Shown here: piece after piece, positions 1 to 14,359 of the stretch
Numbering within the stretch: position 1 is the stretch's first letter
Layout of the letters: each line of letters opens with the position of its first letter
Assembly (NCBI GenBank): GCA_903813345.2
Contig: CAIIXF020000001.1
Span: 19,220,001-19,284,000, forward strand
From: Owenia fusiformis
Lineage: Eukaryota
Direction: 5' to 3'
Length of the DNA: 64,000 nt
Notes under the pieces: model-generated
Seen by the model: the letters and a program-made list of their open reading frames with translations, nothing else
Database searches by the model: none
Told to the model about the DNA's origin: nothing
Made by a program: the position numbers and the translations under genes

Positions 1-3000
1 ACAGTACAGAGTGACCCATACAATTTGCACAATCCTGCAATCTGATTGGTTCTCAAGGAATGTATTATAAGCAAATACCTGATTCTATAACTGAGTATCA
101 AGAAGTTTACAAAAATGATACCCTTCACCTGCTCGACTAATCTATATATATTATTTTATGTATTTTTTCTTGGATATATATTATAGCTGCCATATTACGT
201 TCATCCTTATTCCTGATATAACTGAAAAATACATAATAATATTATATAATCAATATTCATAGAGAAACTTATTAAACAGATAACAATCCACCTACACCTA
301 AAACTGTCGTACAAAATCAACAAATATGAAAAATGGTTGATGTTAAAAAATATTCCCCTTTTCTTGGGTACTTTATCTATGATGTCTATCTAGACAAAGC
401 ACCTGTCAGTTTGTGCATGATGCATTGGGATCTTTCATGGTTCATATAAACTTTGCTCCACAACCTTCTACCCCTGACAGTTTGCCTTTAATCTTCACTG
501 ACAAGAGCTCTCATTCTTTCCATCATTCTTTTCAATCACCAAGATTTTTTAGATTTTTGTTATTTATTTGGAAACTACAGTTACAGTCTGATGCACAGCA
601 TGAAAAATGCATTTACTTGAATTGAACTCCCCCTTCAATTATAAAGGCCAATAACTTAATTGATCATGTTTTTCTCCCTGCCATGCACCATAATGCCTTA
701 TCGAACAATTAACATTTTAGTTTTCTGTATACATGTATAACTAAATGTTGTTTAGTTTTTAATGTATGCTATTTAATTTTACTTTAACTCCAACCACAAT
801 CTGCATTAATTTCTCCATATTGCTATTTATTCATTAGGTTTACAGGTACAGTATAGAAGTAATAATTGTCAAAGATGTAATGTAAACTTAATTCAAACAG
901 AAATAGACATCTATTTCTAATGAGTTTTTTACCATTTATCAAGTATACAGAAATACACAGACAAACACATAAAAGCTGGAAAAGTTGTGAGAGATCAAAG
1001 CTGATTAATTTGTTATCATTATATATTTACTCAATATTAAGATTCATTACTCTAACAAGTGAGCTTAGATATAATCCTATTTATCTATAGAATTAATGAA
1101 TCATTATTAATAATTACTTGGAGATTTAGAATAACAATTATGTTACTTCTGCATTCTGACTTTGATCTGATATCTGTCTAGTGCATATCTCTTGATTCTT
1201 GATCAATATTTGAAGGATTTGTGTGATCATATCGGGATCATATCCCTAAATATGAGACCATATAATTCTTAGAAGCCCTTCTCAGTTAAGAATTGCGGCT
1301 TCATATGTAATATGTTTTGTATATCTATATTGCATGTACAGAAGAGAGGACATTTTCCCTGCATTAAACCCTCTTCCTGCAGTCAATGGGACAAAATGAT
1401 GCTAGTTTGATTCTCTTCAATATGTGTATTGTATTTTCTGCAGTAAAAATTTTGAGTATTCACAAGATTTTCAGCAAAACTAAGCCTGTAAATTTTCAAG
1501 TATTATTAATTTTCTTGACTGCTGAAAATCTGATCAAAGGGGCTTTTTGAGGCTAGAAGACTTTCACATGGTGATCTAGTAGCTGTTTATGATGGCTACA
1601 CTCAGTTCTGGATTGTCTCAAATTATCTATTGGCTTTGATTTTAGATGTATTTCCCTGATCTGATGTTTCAACACCATTGCTTGTATGTACAGATATTGC
1701 ATTTTAGAGAACCAGTTCCAGTTTTGAACTAGAAAAACAGCTAATATAATATAACGATAAAGTGGCCATCTTGAAAATTCTTGAGCAGAGGTCCTATGTT
1801 CTATTGCCCCCAATAGGGCATCTCCCTATAAAATTTGAACCACATCTGTCAACCAGTTTTTGAGTTATTGCCCGGATAAACAATGGATGGAAGGGAGAAT
1901 CCTCATCTCTTTATCCCTATTTGAACTTTGTTCAATGAGATAATTATGTTCTACTCTGGGCATTTCTATTCAACTTAGGGAGTAACACTTCAAGAGAAGT
2001 TGAAAGCCTATTATATGGAGTAACATATGGATTTCAAATGAACTTTTTAAACTATGGACCAATTGTCACTATATTTTTTTTACATTTGCTGAAATGATCA
2101 GCTGGCCCAAAATAGAAACGGGCTAATGTTGCACCCTAATTCCATCCTATTTCATCCAATGTAACTTAAGTACCTACGTGTATATCCCTTGTTAAAATCA
2201 CTCAGCTTTGCATTTTCATCAAAGAAAACTTCTACATCGTTTTCTAGAAATAGTAACTGTCATCAACTGAAAAGAACCATATCTGAAGGCAATCCTCCCA
2301 CTAAACAGGAAATAAATATGGACAAACTAAGCTTATCCTCTTCAAGTGAAACATTCAATTAAGGTCCTTGAAGCATACCATGCCAAGTCTGACATGTCCA
2401 AAGCCCAATGGCTAGGTACTATAAGTTTCATACATTTACCACATCCAAACAGTAATTTGAGTTTAGTACCAGGGAAGTGGCAGTGCCTTGAGATAAAACC
2501 AACATAAAACCAATCCGTAATGGGCGTGAAATGTGAAACTGATTATTAGCCTAGCTATAATAAATAATCATAAAATTAGCAAAATTGCTGATAAAAGTAG
2601 TAAAGTGTAATATGATATTCGTTTTAAACCAAGAGAAAAGAATGTATGAAAATGTCAGTTAACTTTGGTAAAATCCATTTCTAAGACTGAGAGTTGAGAC
2701 AGGGAGGGTCAAGACTGATTGAGTCAAGATAGAATGGGTCAAGAATGACAGGATCACAAGTAAGAGGGACAAGAATAATAGGGTCAGCTCAGATGACTGT
2801 CAGTTTATATTTAGTAAATGAATAAACACAAGGAGCACACGCGTCTCAAACTCACAACCCCGTGGCTACGGCACCTACTTGCCTAGTTTGAACATGCTGG
2901 TGCTGAAGCCCTCTCAGCCAACTCGACAAGGTAGATTTAGAAGAATGACTTTAGGACTAGGACTAGTATGTGCGTAAATCTCAATATGCAAGCTAGAATG

Positions 3001-6000
3001 CAAAATGTCTTTTGTTAATATCTAGATTGCTTGTCCTACTCTGTCTAGCATTGGTGAGATCAACTTTGAAGACTTTACCCAGTCATATAACTTGGTACTT
3101 GATCCCAATTAGCAACCATTCAAATACCCTGGGCTCAGCTGCTAGTTTGCTGCAGTCTGATTAGACTCAATCATCTTTTTAAAATTTGTTTTTTTATTTA
3201 TTTTTTTATTTTCAATTAATCAGGGACAACTGCAGTCACACCAATAACATATTTAAACATTAATATGGTATATCATTGCAGATTACTCTATTGAGGCTCA
3301 GATTGATTTAACACAATAAGTTAGGCTTATTGGGTATAGCTGGATAAAAGTAAGTTGAAACTTATCCCGCATGCAAAGGGTATTTATTGAAGATTGTATA
3401 TTGTCAAGAGGTAACTTTTTCATATCATATCATAGCATATTTTTTCATCTTACTTCAAACCAAACAGCCCACACGTATCGAAATATTAAATCATGCCCCT
3501 AAGCTAATGCTTACACATCAGAAAATTATAAGGTAGAAAATACAACATTAAAGTTAAAACCTAAGAAATTCTGTCACCCGAGAGTATTTATTCAGGAATC
3601 TCTGACACTTGACTTCTTAAACGCTATAATAATTATATTTCTTTACAGTTCCCACACATATATCTCATAAATGGTGGAAAATTCAAATTCCTTCTTGTGC
3701 TTAGATAATGATAACACCCGTCTTTAAATTTTGTATCTATTACAATCATAATTTTAAAAAAAATTATAAGGTTGTGTAGTAAAGTCTAGTATCAATGAGT
3801 CATCAGAAAAATCATATTAGATAGATACCACATAAAGTTTGAAATTAAATGTATAATATATATATACTGTAATATAATATAGTACTAATATAATATAATA
3901 TAATATAATATAATGTATTTTATTCAAGGTCTAATTTCAAATTCTATCATTGTTGCACTATAAATCTGCTTTAAATGGGCTCTTTAACTGACTTTTGCAG
4001 ATTATTGATGTAGATATAGATCAGTATAAAATGCTAAATGCTTTAGAAACATTTCTTGACTTTTCTGCCAGGCCCTAGTAAAACTGACACATTGTCATTT
4101 CACAAACAACAATATAAATCATACAATAAATGTCTATTTTGATACAAACATAAACACAACAGTATTTCATTCTGAAGATATTTATTATTTTTATCACAAT
4201 ATAATTTTTCGATAAGTCATGATTTCTAGATTTGTTGAATAAAAGTGGCAATTATAAAGGTGACCCTACCCTATCTATTGTTTATAAAGAGGCAGTAATC
4301 GGGGCATTTCACTACTTAAATGAAAAGTGAATGGGTTGATGAATTTTGAAGATAAGTTGAGAGGATTTATGATGACATTTTCAGTAGTTGAAATCATGTA
4401 AACGTCTTACAGGTGGACTCCTTGTTCATCCTTATACAAACATTGGTTAAAATATTTCCAGCATCTTCCATCTTTGACTTTCAACTGAATCTTGGTAGTT
4501 TGAATAAAGATGGTTATTTTACAATGACTGAATAGCATAATCAATGAGATGCCCTAAATTCATATTTCTCATGCTATTGTGTATTTTCTATTTTCTCTTG
4601 AAAGAGGAGTCTATCAGGGGAGGTGGTCCTTAAATAACTTACACCTTATTCTTTAGGCCCACATTTTGGGGGTCTTTTCCCTTCTTGTTAGACCCAAGTA
4701 TGTGTGTGAACGACACTGAGCGTACACTTTATCTCAATGTATAACCTCCAAAAAATTATTTTAAAAGAAGACATGTGATGACCATCATAATGCAATTTTC
4801 CGAAATAATTGTCAAGTGAAAAGAATCGTATTATACAGTAATCATGTGTTCATCATAATTCAACAGCAGATAAAACATTAAATTATTTCAAAATGAAGTC
4901 TATTTTCTCCAATCATCATAGGGGGCATAGCTGATGAATTGATTTATAACCAAATTGTATAAATATATAAAAACCAGCAATCCATAAAACTAAACTCCAG
5001 TTTGTTCATCGAGACAGCCAATATTTCATGCTCGTTAACGCTTTGAGTGACCCTTCAGATCGCTTAAACGAATACATTTTTTGATGGATTCCCAGGAGGG
5101 AACTTCTTAGGACAAATAGCTAAGAATTAATGTGTAAAACATATTTTACATTTATATTGTAATATAAATTATTCAGACTGTTTACCGATACACTATACTA
5201 TGTATGGGGTAATAGATTCCAAATGTTTTCATTCCAAACTAACTATTAAGACCTAAATGTTGATACCAGTATGGGACATTTTTATCACAATTGCAGAATC
5301 AACATCATCATGTTTATGAAACCTATTATTTAAATCACTCTAAATAATCTTGTGTTTATGAAAACAAAATACAAATGGAGTATGGTTCTTCAAAACTCTC
5401 AGAGGAAAAAAGGTAGCACTTATTTAAAGTTCTTAGCTCTTTAACCTTCTCCCTGTTGAACCCAGTTGGGCAAAATGTTTAAGTGATATAGACGAGGTGC
5501 AACTTGCCTCAAGCCATGTTTTCATATCCGGATAAACCCATTTTAAAATTATTGTCTTCACAACTCCTACTTAAGAAATCATAAACTTTATTTCCCACTG
5601 TATTTCTGGCCGGGAACTTTTGCTTTGAAGTTTGGTTCGAATTAACTCTCCCTGGTTATAATCTCGTTAAAGACTATGAAAAACCGATCAAAATACCAAG
5701 AAGACATTTTTTATATGAAACCAGATTTATCTTTCATAAAACAGCCGCTGATTTCTGGTATTTGATATGAAAACCAGATAAGCAGGCCTACTCCCATAGG
5801 AGAGATATACGTTTATTCATTTTGATTCTGAAATGGCTTTACATAATTTCATGATCTAAAAAACACTAGAATTCTTGAATTTTGCGGGTGAAATCACTGT
5901 ATATATCTAACTCAATAACTGTAATGCACATTTATATGTTTCAATTGAAATTAAAAACAGAAAATAACCCAAGTCACTGTATCAAAAGGCACAGAAGTAA

Positions 6001-6048
6001 ATGCATTTACAAATATAAGTATATATATATATATAATATAACAAAGTA

Positions 6049-8413
6049 CAGGAAAATCTGTCTAATCAGAACACCAGTGGCACCAGCAAAAACTTTTCAT
6101 ATTAGCAGGTGTTCACATTTCAAGGTTTTACAAATGTCAATGAAAAATAACAAATGAGCAAAAGTTCACATTTCAAGGTTTTATAAATATGTAAACCAAT
6201 GAGAAATAACAAATGAGCAAAAGTGTTCACATTTCAAGGTTTTATAAACATGTGAGTCAATGAGAAATAACAAATGAGCAAAAGTGTTCACATTTCAAGG
6301 TTTTATAAATATGTGAGTCAATGAGAAATAACAAATGAGTAAAAGTGTTCATATTTCAAGGTTTTATAAATATGTGAGTCAATGAGAAATAACAAATGAG
6401 CAAAAGTGTTCACATTTCAAGGTTTTATAAATATGTGAGTCAATGAGAAATAACAAATGAGCAAAAGTGTTCACATTTCATGGTTTTATAAATATGTGAG
6501 TCAATGAGAAAAAACAAATGAGCAAAAGTGTTCACATTTCATGGTTTGATAAATATTTGAGTCAATGAGAAATAACAAATAAGCAAAAGTGTTTACATTT
6601 CATGGTTTTATAAATATTTGAGTCAATGAGAAATAACAAATGAGTAAAAGTGTTCATATTTCAAGGTTTTATAAATATGTGAGTCAATGAAAATTAACAA
6701 ATGAGCAAAAGTGTTCACATTTCATGGTTTTATAAATATGTGGGTCAATGAGAAATAACAAATGAGCAAAAGTGTTCATAATTCAAGGTATAATGAATAT
6801 GGGAGTCAATGAGAAATAACAAATAAGCAAAAGTGTTCACATTTCATGGTTTTATAAATATGTGAGTCAATGAGAAATAACAAATGAGCATAAGTGTTCA
6901 TATTTCAAGGTTTTATAAATATTTGAGTCAATGAGAAATAACAAATGAGCAAAAGTGTTCACATTTCATGGTTTTATAAATATGTGAGTCAATGAGAAAT
7001 AACAAATGAGCAAAAGTGTTCACATTTCATGGTTTTATAAATATGAGAGTCAATGAGAAATAACAAATGAGCAAAAGTGTTCACATTTCATGGTTTGATA
7101 AATATGTGAGTCAATGAGAAATAACAAATGAGCAAAAGTGTTCACATTTCATGCTTTTATAAATATGTGAGCCAATGAGAAATAACAAATGAGCAAAAGT
7201 GTTCACATTTCATGGTTTTATAAACATTTGAGTCAATGAGAAATAAAAAATGAGTAAAAGTGTTCATATTTGAAGGTTTTATAAATATGTGAGTCAATGA
7301 GAAATAACAAATAAGCAAAAGTGTTCACAGTTCATGGTTTTTTAAATATGTGAGTCAATGAGAAATAACAAATGAGCAAAAGTGTTCATAATTCAAGGTT
7401 TTATAAAAATGTGAGTCAATGAGAAATAACAAATAAGCAAAAGTGTTCACATTTCAAGGTTTTATAAATATGTGAGTCAATGAGAAATAACAAATGAGCA
7501 AAAGTGTTCACATTTCATGGTTTTATAAATATGTGAATCAATGAGAAATAACAAATGGGCAAAAGTGTTCAAATTTCATGGTTTTATAAATATGTAAGTA
7601 AATGAAAATTAACAAATGAGCAAAAGTGTTCACATTTCATTGTTTTATAAATATGTGGGTCAATGAGAAATAACAAATGAGCAAAAGTGTTCATAATTCA
7701 AGGTTTAATAAATATGGGAGTCAATGAGAAATAACAAATAAGCATAAGTGTTCATATTTCATGGTTTTATAAATATGTGAGTCAATGAGAAATAACAAAT
7801 GAGCAAAAGTGTTCACATTTCATGGTTTTATAAATATGTGAGCCAATGAGAAATAAGAAATGAGCAAAAGTGTTCATAATTCATGGTTTTATAAATATTT
7901 GAGTCAATGAGAAATAACAAATGAGCAAAAGTGTTCACATTTCATGGTTTTATAAATATTTGAGTCAATGAAAAATAACAAATGAGTATTAGTGTTCATA
8001 TTTCAAGGTTTTATAAATATGTGAGTCAATGAGAAATAACAAATGAGCAAAAGTGTCCACAGTTCATGGTTTTATAAATATGTGAGTCAATGAGAAATAA
8101 CAAATGAGCAAAAGTGTTCATAATTCAAGGTTTTATAAATATGTGAGTCAATGAGAAATAACAAATAAGCAAGTGTTCATATTTCAAGGTTTTATAAATA
8201 TGTGAGTCAATGAGAAATAACAAATAAGCAAAAGTGTTCATATTTCAAGGTTTTATAAATATGTGAGTCAATGAGAAATAACAAATGAGCAAAAGTGTTC
8301 ATATTTCGAGGTTTTATAAATATGTGAGTCAATGAGAAATAACAAATGAGCAAAAGTGTTCACATTGGGAGGTGTTTTGATTAGGAGGGTGTTAGGATAA
8401 ACAGGTTTTACTG
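6049..8413. mobile_element. Tc1/mariner- or pogo-like MITE hosting the 61-bp satellite
   Basis: Left end ta|caggaaaatctgtctaatcagaacacc; right end ggtgttaggataaacaggttttactg (reverse complement cagtaaaacctgtttatcctaacacc). These are imperfect TIRs. A similar unexpanded element lies at 63140-63303. Confidence 0.6.
6108..8366. repeat. 61-bp tandem satellite array, about 37 copies
   Basis: The unit gagcaaaagtgttcacatttcatggttttataaatatgtgagtcaatgagaaataacaaat repeats with period 61 (it shifts by 1 nt per 60-nt line) and the copies are highly similar. Confidence 0.97.
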
Positions 8414-10300
8414 AAGTTGTCCCTAACCAGATATTAAGTTAATTTACAAAAACATAGAATTGTTAGAACAGAACATTTGATCTAAGAATGTTTAATATTA
8501 CAAGAAAGAGCAGAATAGCTTTCCTATATTAACAGTTCTGGTTACCACCCTGTATATAACCTGAAACAGGATAAATGCAAGGTGAGCTGTCGATTTGGTT
8601 TTACGTCAACAAATCATATCATGCATGCCATTTTGAATTATGGAACATCAGAACATCACAAATACATCGTTGAATAGCCATGAGATACTAAATGAATTGA
8701 AATGGTGAGAAACAAAATGTAAAACAATTAAGGGATGATCAATATTTATGGGGTGAAAGTTTTGTCAGTTAACATTGATTTTTTAAAGAATGTGACTTTT
8801 AATTGAAAGAAAAAAATCATCAAATATTCTGACATTCATTATGGTAGAGAGAGGGTGGTCAATCTGAAATTTTATTATTTCACTTTTGAAGAATGAAACA
8901 AAGATCTGCTCTATTACTCTCGTAAAGTCTGACAACCTGTTAGGTTTTGGGTGGGTAGCTCTATCAAAGAAGGGACAACCTGTTAGGCTTTGGGTGGGTG
9001 CTCTATCAAAGAAGGATCTGGCCTCCAAAACACTTGAAAATGTATTTTGAAGTTATCATGAAAAATGAACTTCTTGAAACATCTAAGTATGTGCTTATGT
9101 TATGCTTCTATGCTAAGTGCTGCCAGTGAATTACCAAGAGATTTATATGTTTCAGTAATCGACACCTAGATGAGAGTGAATTTGAAAATTGTGCATCAAA
9201 TGATGGAGGCACAAAATAAATGCCTTATAATCCAAACTGATGCATAGGTTCCTGAAATTAATCATAGGTAGAAATTCTACCTACTCAAATTGATTGCCCA
9301 TTTGTATCCCCTGGTATTCGGCTTTGAACATTTTTGATATTCTTAAAACCATTCACCAGGGTGAAAACACACCTTCATAACATACTAATTCCGCCTATTA
9401 ATTGTAAATATTTAACAAATTATCTTAAGAGCTTTGTATATCATCACTGCATCAGTAAGGAATTTTTGATACATTTGTATCAAGATGTCAAAGATTAAGC
9501 CTTGTAAAATATACAAAATTCCAAAAGAATGGGTCAATATTTAAAACTGGATGCAAATATTATTGGGTTGGGAAAAAGATTAGACAAGGATATTTTCCAC
9601 CTGTGCTTCCAAATGATCGGCAATTCAAACCAAAGCTTTCCTTTTGTACCTTACACCTAGATACAGTCATGTGATCTATATGGACCAATCAGACATCATC
9701 CTAGGTATTGATGGGATATATTTTACATGGGATAAACAATGTGAAGGTAAATTTGAGCTGGAAATCAGTAAAACTTATCATTATTAAAGAAACACAATCT
9801 GTTCATTATGGAGGTCTACTAATGAACATGCACTTCTGGTAAAAATATTTGTATCAATTATAAGTTGGAACGGATGCAGTTATTTTGAAAACAACATTCT
9901 GCTGAGACTCATCTCTGGAAATACTCCAGAGTCAAAATGCTAGAATGCTGCAAACAGAATGTCAAAATGATAAAAACAGAAACTTGTTGAGCTTTTATCT
10001 TGCAAATATTGAACCAGCGGACAACCATTAAATGGCAACTCTATCCATGGGGAATCAATACACCTCACCACATATTTATAATTATTGGGTATTTTTGAAA
10101 ATATTTTTCTAAATTTTTGAAAATATTTTTCTAAATTTTTGAAAATATTTTTCTAAATAGTTTATGCTACAAACAACAATTGTAATATAATTGTAGCCCC
10201 CATTGTAAGAACCTCATATGGTACACAATCAGGTATAAGATTGCAATAATTCATCTATCTGTGACATAAGACTTGGGTATCACAGAAGGCTATCAAAGTC

Positions 10301-10511
10301 CAGGGGCGGATCTGGGAACCAACAAGGGAGAGGCCGAATTTTAGGTCAGAGCCCAAATTTTGAAATTTTTCTTCAAAATTTGGCCTGAAATTAAAAAAAG
10401 GCCTTAAAAGGCCCAGTTATGATCTTAGGCCCCAAAAGGCGGGCCCAATTTTTTTCTGGGCCCACCCAAGGGGGGCCGGGCCCCCAGCCCCCCCCCCCAG
10501 ATCCGCCAGTG
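10301..10511. mobile_element. GC-rich hAT-like MITE
   Basis: TIRs caggggcggatctggg / cccagatccgccagtg. A related inverted copy lies at 47222-47482. Confidence 0.7.
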
Positions 10512-10845
10512 AAGTAGTAACTTCCTCAATCAAATTTGCTTTACATTTCAATCAATTCCTTCACTGTTTCCTCAAAATTAATCCCTGATACTAAGGATCT
10601 GTTTTATGAAATGCATTGTGCTTGTGCATTCATTCATACGAAGTATCCCATTCCATATGCTTCCATTTACCTTTGCAGAGAATAAAAGAATTACAATAAT
10701 TTGGGGTAGATATATATGAACAATTCACCAGGTGTATTGGTGTATAAGATAGGATGGTGTATAAGCCAACTAGGCTTGTAATACTAATGTTTGTCATTAC
10801 ATATTGAGGTTATGAAGAAATAGAGATCCCTGTATACAATCTCTG

Positions 10846-10890
10846 TAGAACATTGGCAACTCCACGGAGTAGCAAATCCCAATGAACAAA
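10846..10890 (+). mobile_element. Left-end fragment of a Helentron/DINE-1-like (HINE) element
   Basis: tggcaactccacggagtagcaaatcccaatgaacaaa matches the left end of the full copy at 36250 (tggcaactccgtggagtagcaaatcccaacgaacaaa). Confidence 0.75.
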
Positions 10891-11444
10891 GGAAGTCATT
10901 TTTTTCGAGGCACGATTAAGATGAATGATAAAATAATTGGCCTATTCTAAAGTAAAATATCTTTGATTTGCGCATAATATAGCTATACTGTGAAAAGATG
11001 TCAAAGTACTACACATTCCAACATCGCGAGGCTATCTTGGGATTTTTAAAGTGTCCGGAAGTTCTGCTGACGAATTGCACAGTAGCGCTGAATTTATACT
11101 AGCATATTAAGAGTAAGATTTTTATATAGTTGTGCAAGCTCATCAGTTTCCATGTTGTTTGGTTCAGTATGGTGTTACTACAATTGCTTGGTTAATATTA
11201 CCAGAGTAAAACAATAATACCGTGAAAGTATTTACTTAACATTAATCATTGACTGCACACACAACAAAGCATTGGTCAGCAGTTCAAAATCAACACACGA
11301 TGACTTCTCTCACCATATCTCTCTCTTCTCACCTAAATTCCATGTAAAACTATAGAAATACAAACCAGACAAACATATATTCTATGCAATACATTTTATT
11401 CTTATAAATAGAGTACAAGTACATTGGAATGTTAGGCTCTTTAC

Positions 11445-13665
11445 CCCCTTTTGTTCAAATCTTGCATTCTTCTAATAAGATCATCGTTCTTCGCCACCCA
11501 GGATCGCTCTGGAAAGGAATACAATTTCATGAAAGATATATTTCATTCAACACAGGTTAGTCTTGTGTTATTATGGTAGTTTGATGATAACCAATGTTTA
11601 TCAATTGGGCTATCTTTGAGTATATCTTGTGCTTGTAAATTTCCTAATATCCGTGGGCATTCATATCACCAAAATATTTTTAATTGAGACAATAATCAAT
11701 CATTTTTTAGCAACTCCTTTTGACAAATAAATCGCTTATATTGGTGAACTGTTTTGTGTTATAAAATGCAAAAATCTTAATTTAATGGGCCTTACGTTTT
11801 GAGAAATAGTTTTTCCTGTCAATTTTCGATCCACCTCTTTATTCGGTCTACTGTTTCTCTTACACAATTGAATTAATTTTAAATAATTATCACATACCCA
11901 GGCAGTAGTTTAAGATTTTGACATAACCAAGGCAGCATGTAAGTTCAGTTCTTTTGGCAGTATTGCAGGGTTTCTGGGCAGTTACTAATTCTTCCTTGTA
12001 TATGTATTCTGTACGTACACTGAAATACATATATTGAATTTTTCCAATTAAATCCGAAGTGTAAGATTTGTAAAGATTCCCACTCACGGGTGTGTACCAA
12101 AATAACCATGACAGTTGAACATGTAGGGTAATGTACAACATGAGGGTGATGAAATTTGAGAAAATTTCATTGGTTCAAAAAGACCTGGTCTAGTTTCTAG
12201 ATATTTAAATGTCTATAATAACAGCCTAGACAGTGAACTTGACAGAGAATTTGATAGTTAAACCTAAAAAAAAATCTCAGAAAGTTATATATGGTTTAAC
12301 GCTGGGTAATGGTAAGGTACAACACAAGGAATTTGAATTTGCATTATATCATCGCCAGATAAATTGACCTGCACATTATTATGTCGTTATACCATATACT
12401 AAATTTGCAGTTTTGTAATTTGCCCCATGGTGTAACTGTTTAAAACATTTTGTGAAAGTTCGCCTTCATGATAAAAATGAGGTCAATTTTATGGAAAGCA
12501 TGTGATGATTGGTTGATTTCCCATTCATTATCAGTCCTTTTAACTTTATTTCCATTGTTTATACTTTTTCCGAAGATAATGGAATTGCAAACAAGATCAT
12601 AATATATGATGTGCTTCCTTTTTGATTAAAAAACTTATCCCAATATTTGTTTTTTAAAACTATGGCTTTTCTACTTTACAATATCTTAAAATGGCCCAAC
12701 CATAATGCAATATGTTTTCCTTGGGATTTACTTACAAAGATCTCATGCCGTAAGCTACACAATTGCTCCACATGCAATTTCCCTTTATATAACCGATCTT
12801 AACTTGTCGCTGTTCTAATTTGTATACAACTCCCACTTTCTTGGCCGTAACTGTCTTGGCAGGAACCATACCTCCACTTCTGGGATCTTTGCAGCACCAA
12901 TTTCTAAAGATGAACATTTAAATCACAGCTGTAAGAAGTAATACAATATGTCACCAACAGCAATTCGTAATGCAGATGCTGATTGGTGACATGAACTTAG
13001 AATACCAGTTGCAAATGAAACCAATAACTACAAAGCTTGGAGCAGGATGTCACTTATTTCTGGCTCCCATACTATTTCAATGGGATCTTTATAGGAGAAA
13101 TTTATAAAAGCGTGATATATATTCTGCTGAATGAACTTGATCAAAATCATCAGACTTTTTACAAATTAGGCCTAACAAGAAATGTTGTATGTAAAGATAG
13201 CCTTATTGTATTGTAGAATTGGTGACATATCAATGTTTTGTTTCATTCCTTAACATGACAAAGGCACTTACCTTTCATGGTGGAGTAAAATACATGTATA
13301 TGTACATGTATAAGCATTCCCAGAGGGCATTATTTCAATGCAGTGCTATTAAAATTAATCGTTGGAATCCCTGTAGATTACGATTTTTGAAACAAAAATC
13401 TGATCCTATTAATAGAAAATTGACAAAACTGCACTTCACCTAGTTGAGTGAACAGAACAACGAATATGATGTTCCAAAATGATACATACCCTCCATTTCC
13501 TCCATAGTTGGAAGTCAAGCTAAACTTCTGTGTGAACTCAGTGGGCCATTTGGACTTGGGAACAGCAAGAAGAGTGCTCTCAAAATTGGCGGCAAGCTCA
13601 TCTGTGGCTTGATCGCAGCTGGCATACGACACCAAGCAAACCGCAAGTAAAGTGAATAACAACAT
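11445..13665 (-). CDS. Small secreted cysteine-rich protein with an EMI-domain-like pattern (3' end uncertain)
   Basis: Four phase-compatible exons with canonical GT/AG: 13665-13490, 12903-12736, 12019-11898 and 11508-~11445. Product: MLLFTLLAVCLVSYASC (signal peptide) DQATDELAANF...NWCCKDPRSGG...GNCMWSNCVAYGMRSFVRTEYIYKE...PCNTAKRTELTCCLGYVKILNYCLERSWVAKNDDLIRRMQDLNKKG. The pattern C..CxWxxC..Y..CCxGY..C resembles EMI domains. Confidence 0.8.
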
Positions 13666-14110
13666 GACAAATGTGTTGGTGATTGCTTGTGACAAGAGCA
13701 ACCAGTATTTATTCAAATATTATCCAATTCTGATAGAATTGGGGTGTGTTGAAGAGATAATGAATAGATAGGTGCCGATAAGATATCATCACATTAAAAG
13801 TCAGAGATCAATAAACTGCATCTAAAAATGGTAAATTTTACTGGATGGGGGACACCCTTTTCACCCTGAACCTCCTGAACTAATGTTTTTCGTTTGAATT
13901 GCTCCTGCAAACTAAAAGTGCCTAAATAACATCTTGAAGTGAAAATAATTTCTTGAAGAAAGGGGACACCCCTTCTCAACTTTCAGTTTTGAATTGACTC
14001 AGGTCTATTTGTATCCTAATATTTTACCCATATGTTAATATCGTTAATGAAAAGCAAATCAGTCACAAGTATATCCATCCAAGAGCTCCAATAATCAAGT
14101 GAGAAAAACT

Positions 14111-14355
14111 CATCCTCCGATCACAGGGCTTCAAAATCCAGAATATATTCTTTCTTTACACCCCCTGCGATAAGCAGTTACCATTTTCCCGATTAAAAAT
14201 TGGGAATCTGATTGGTGTCCCAACACTGCGACAGAAATCATGTATAAGTCATTGCCCATAATTAGATCATGTGATTCAGTTAAATCGGGCGCTTCCAAAT
14301 TGGTTATAGCAGGGGGAAGGAGGTACGGATTCTGGACACCTGCTTAGGAGGATTG
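14111..14355 (+). mobile_element. About 250-bp MITE with CATCCTCC...GGAGGATG ends (P- or hAT-like family)
   Basis: Closely similar to the copies at 40640-40889 (inverted) and 47042-48410 (interrupted). Confidence 0.8.
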
Positions 14356-14359
14356 AAAA

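Noticed and set aside
4411..4484. Possible minus-strand exon (LKVKDGRCWKYFNQCLYKDEQGVH)
   Set aside because: It has AG/GT ends but a poor pyrimidine tract, no recognisable homology and no partner exons.
6108..8366. CRISPR-like regular array
   Set aside because: Pure head-to-tail 61-bp repeats with no unique spacers and no cas genes, in a eukaryotic context.
13845..13975. Twin ggggacaccc motifs upstream of the EMI-like gene as NF-kB sites
   Set aside because: Imperfect match to GGGRNWYYCC and part of a local direct duplication, so the evidence is insufficient.
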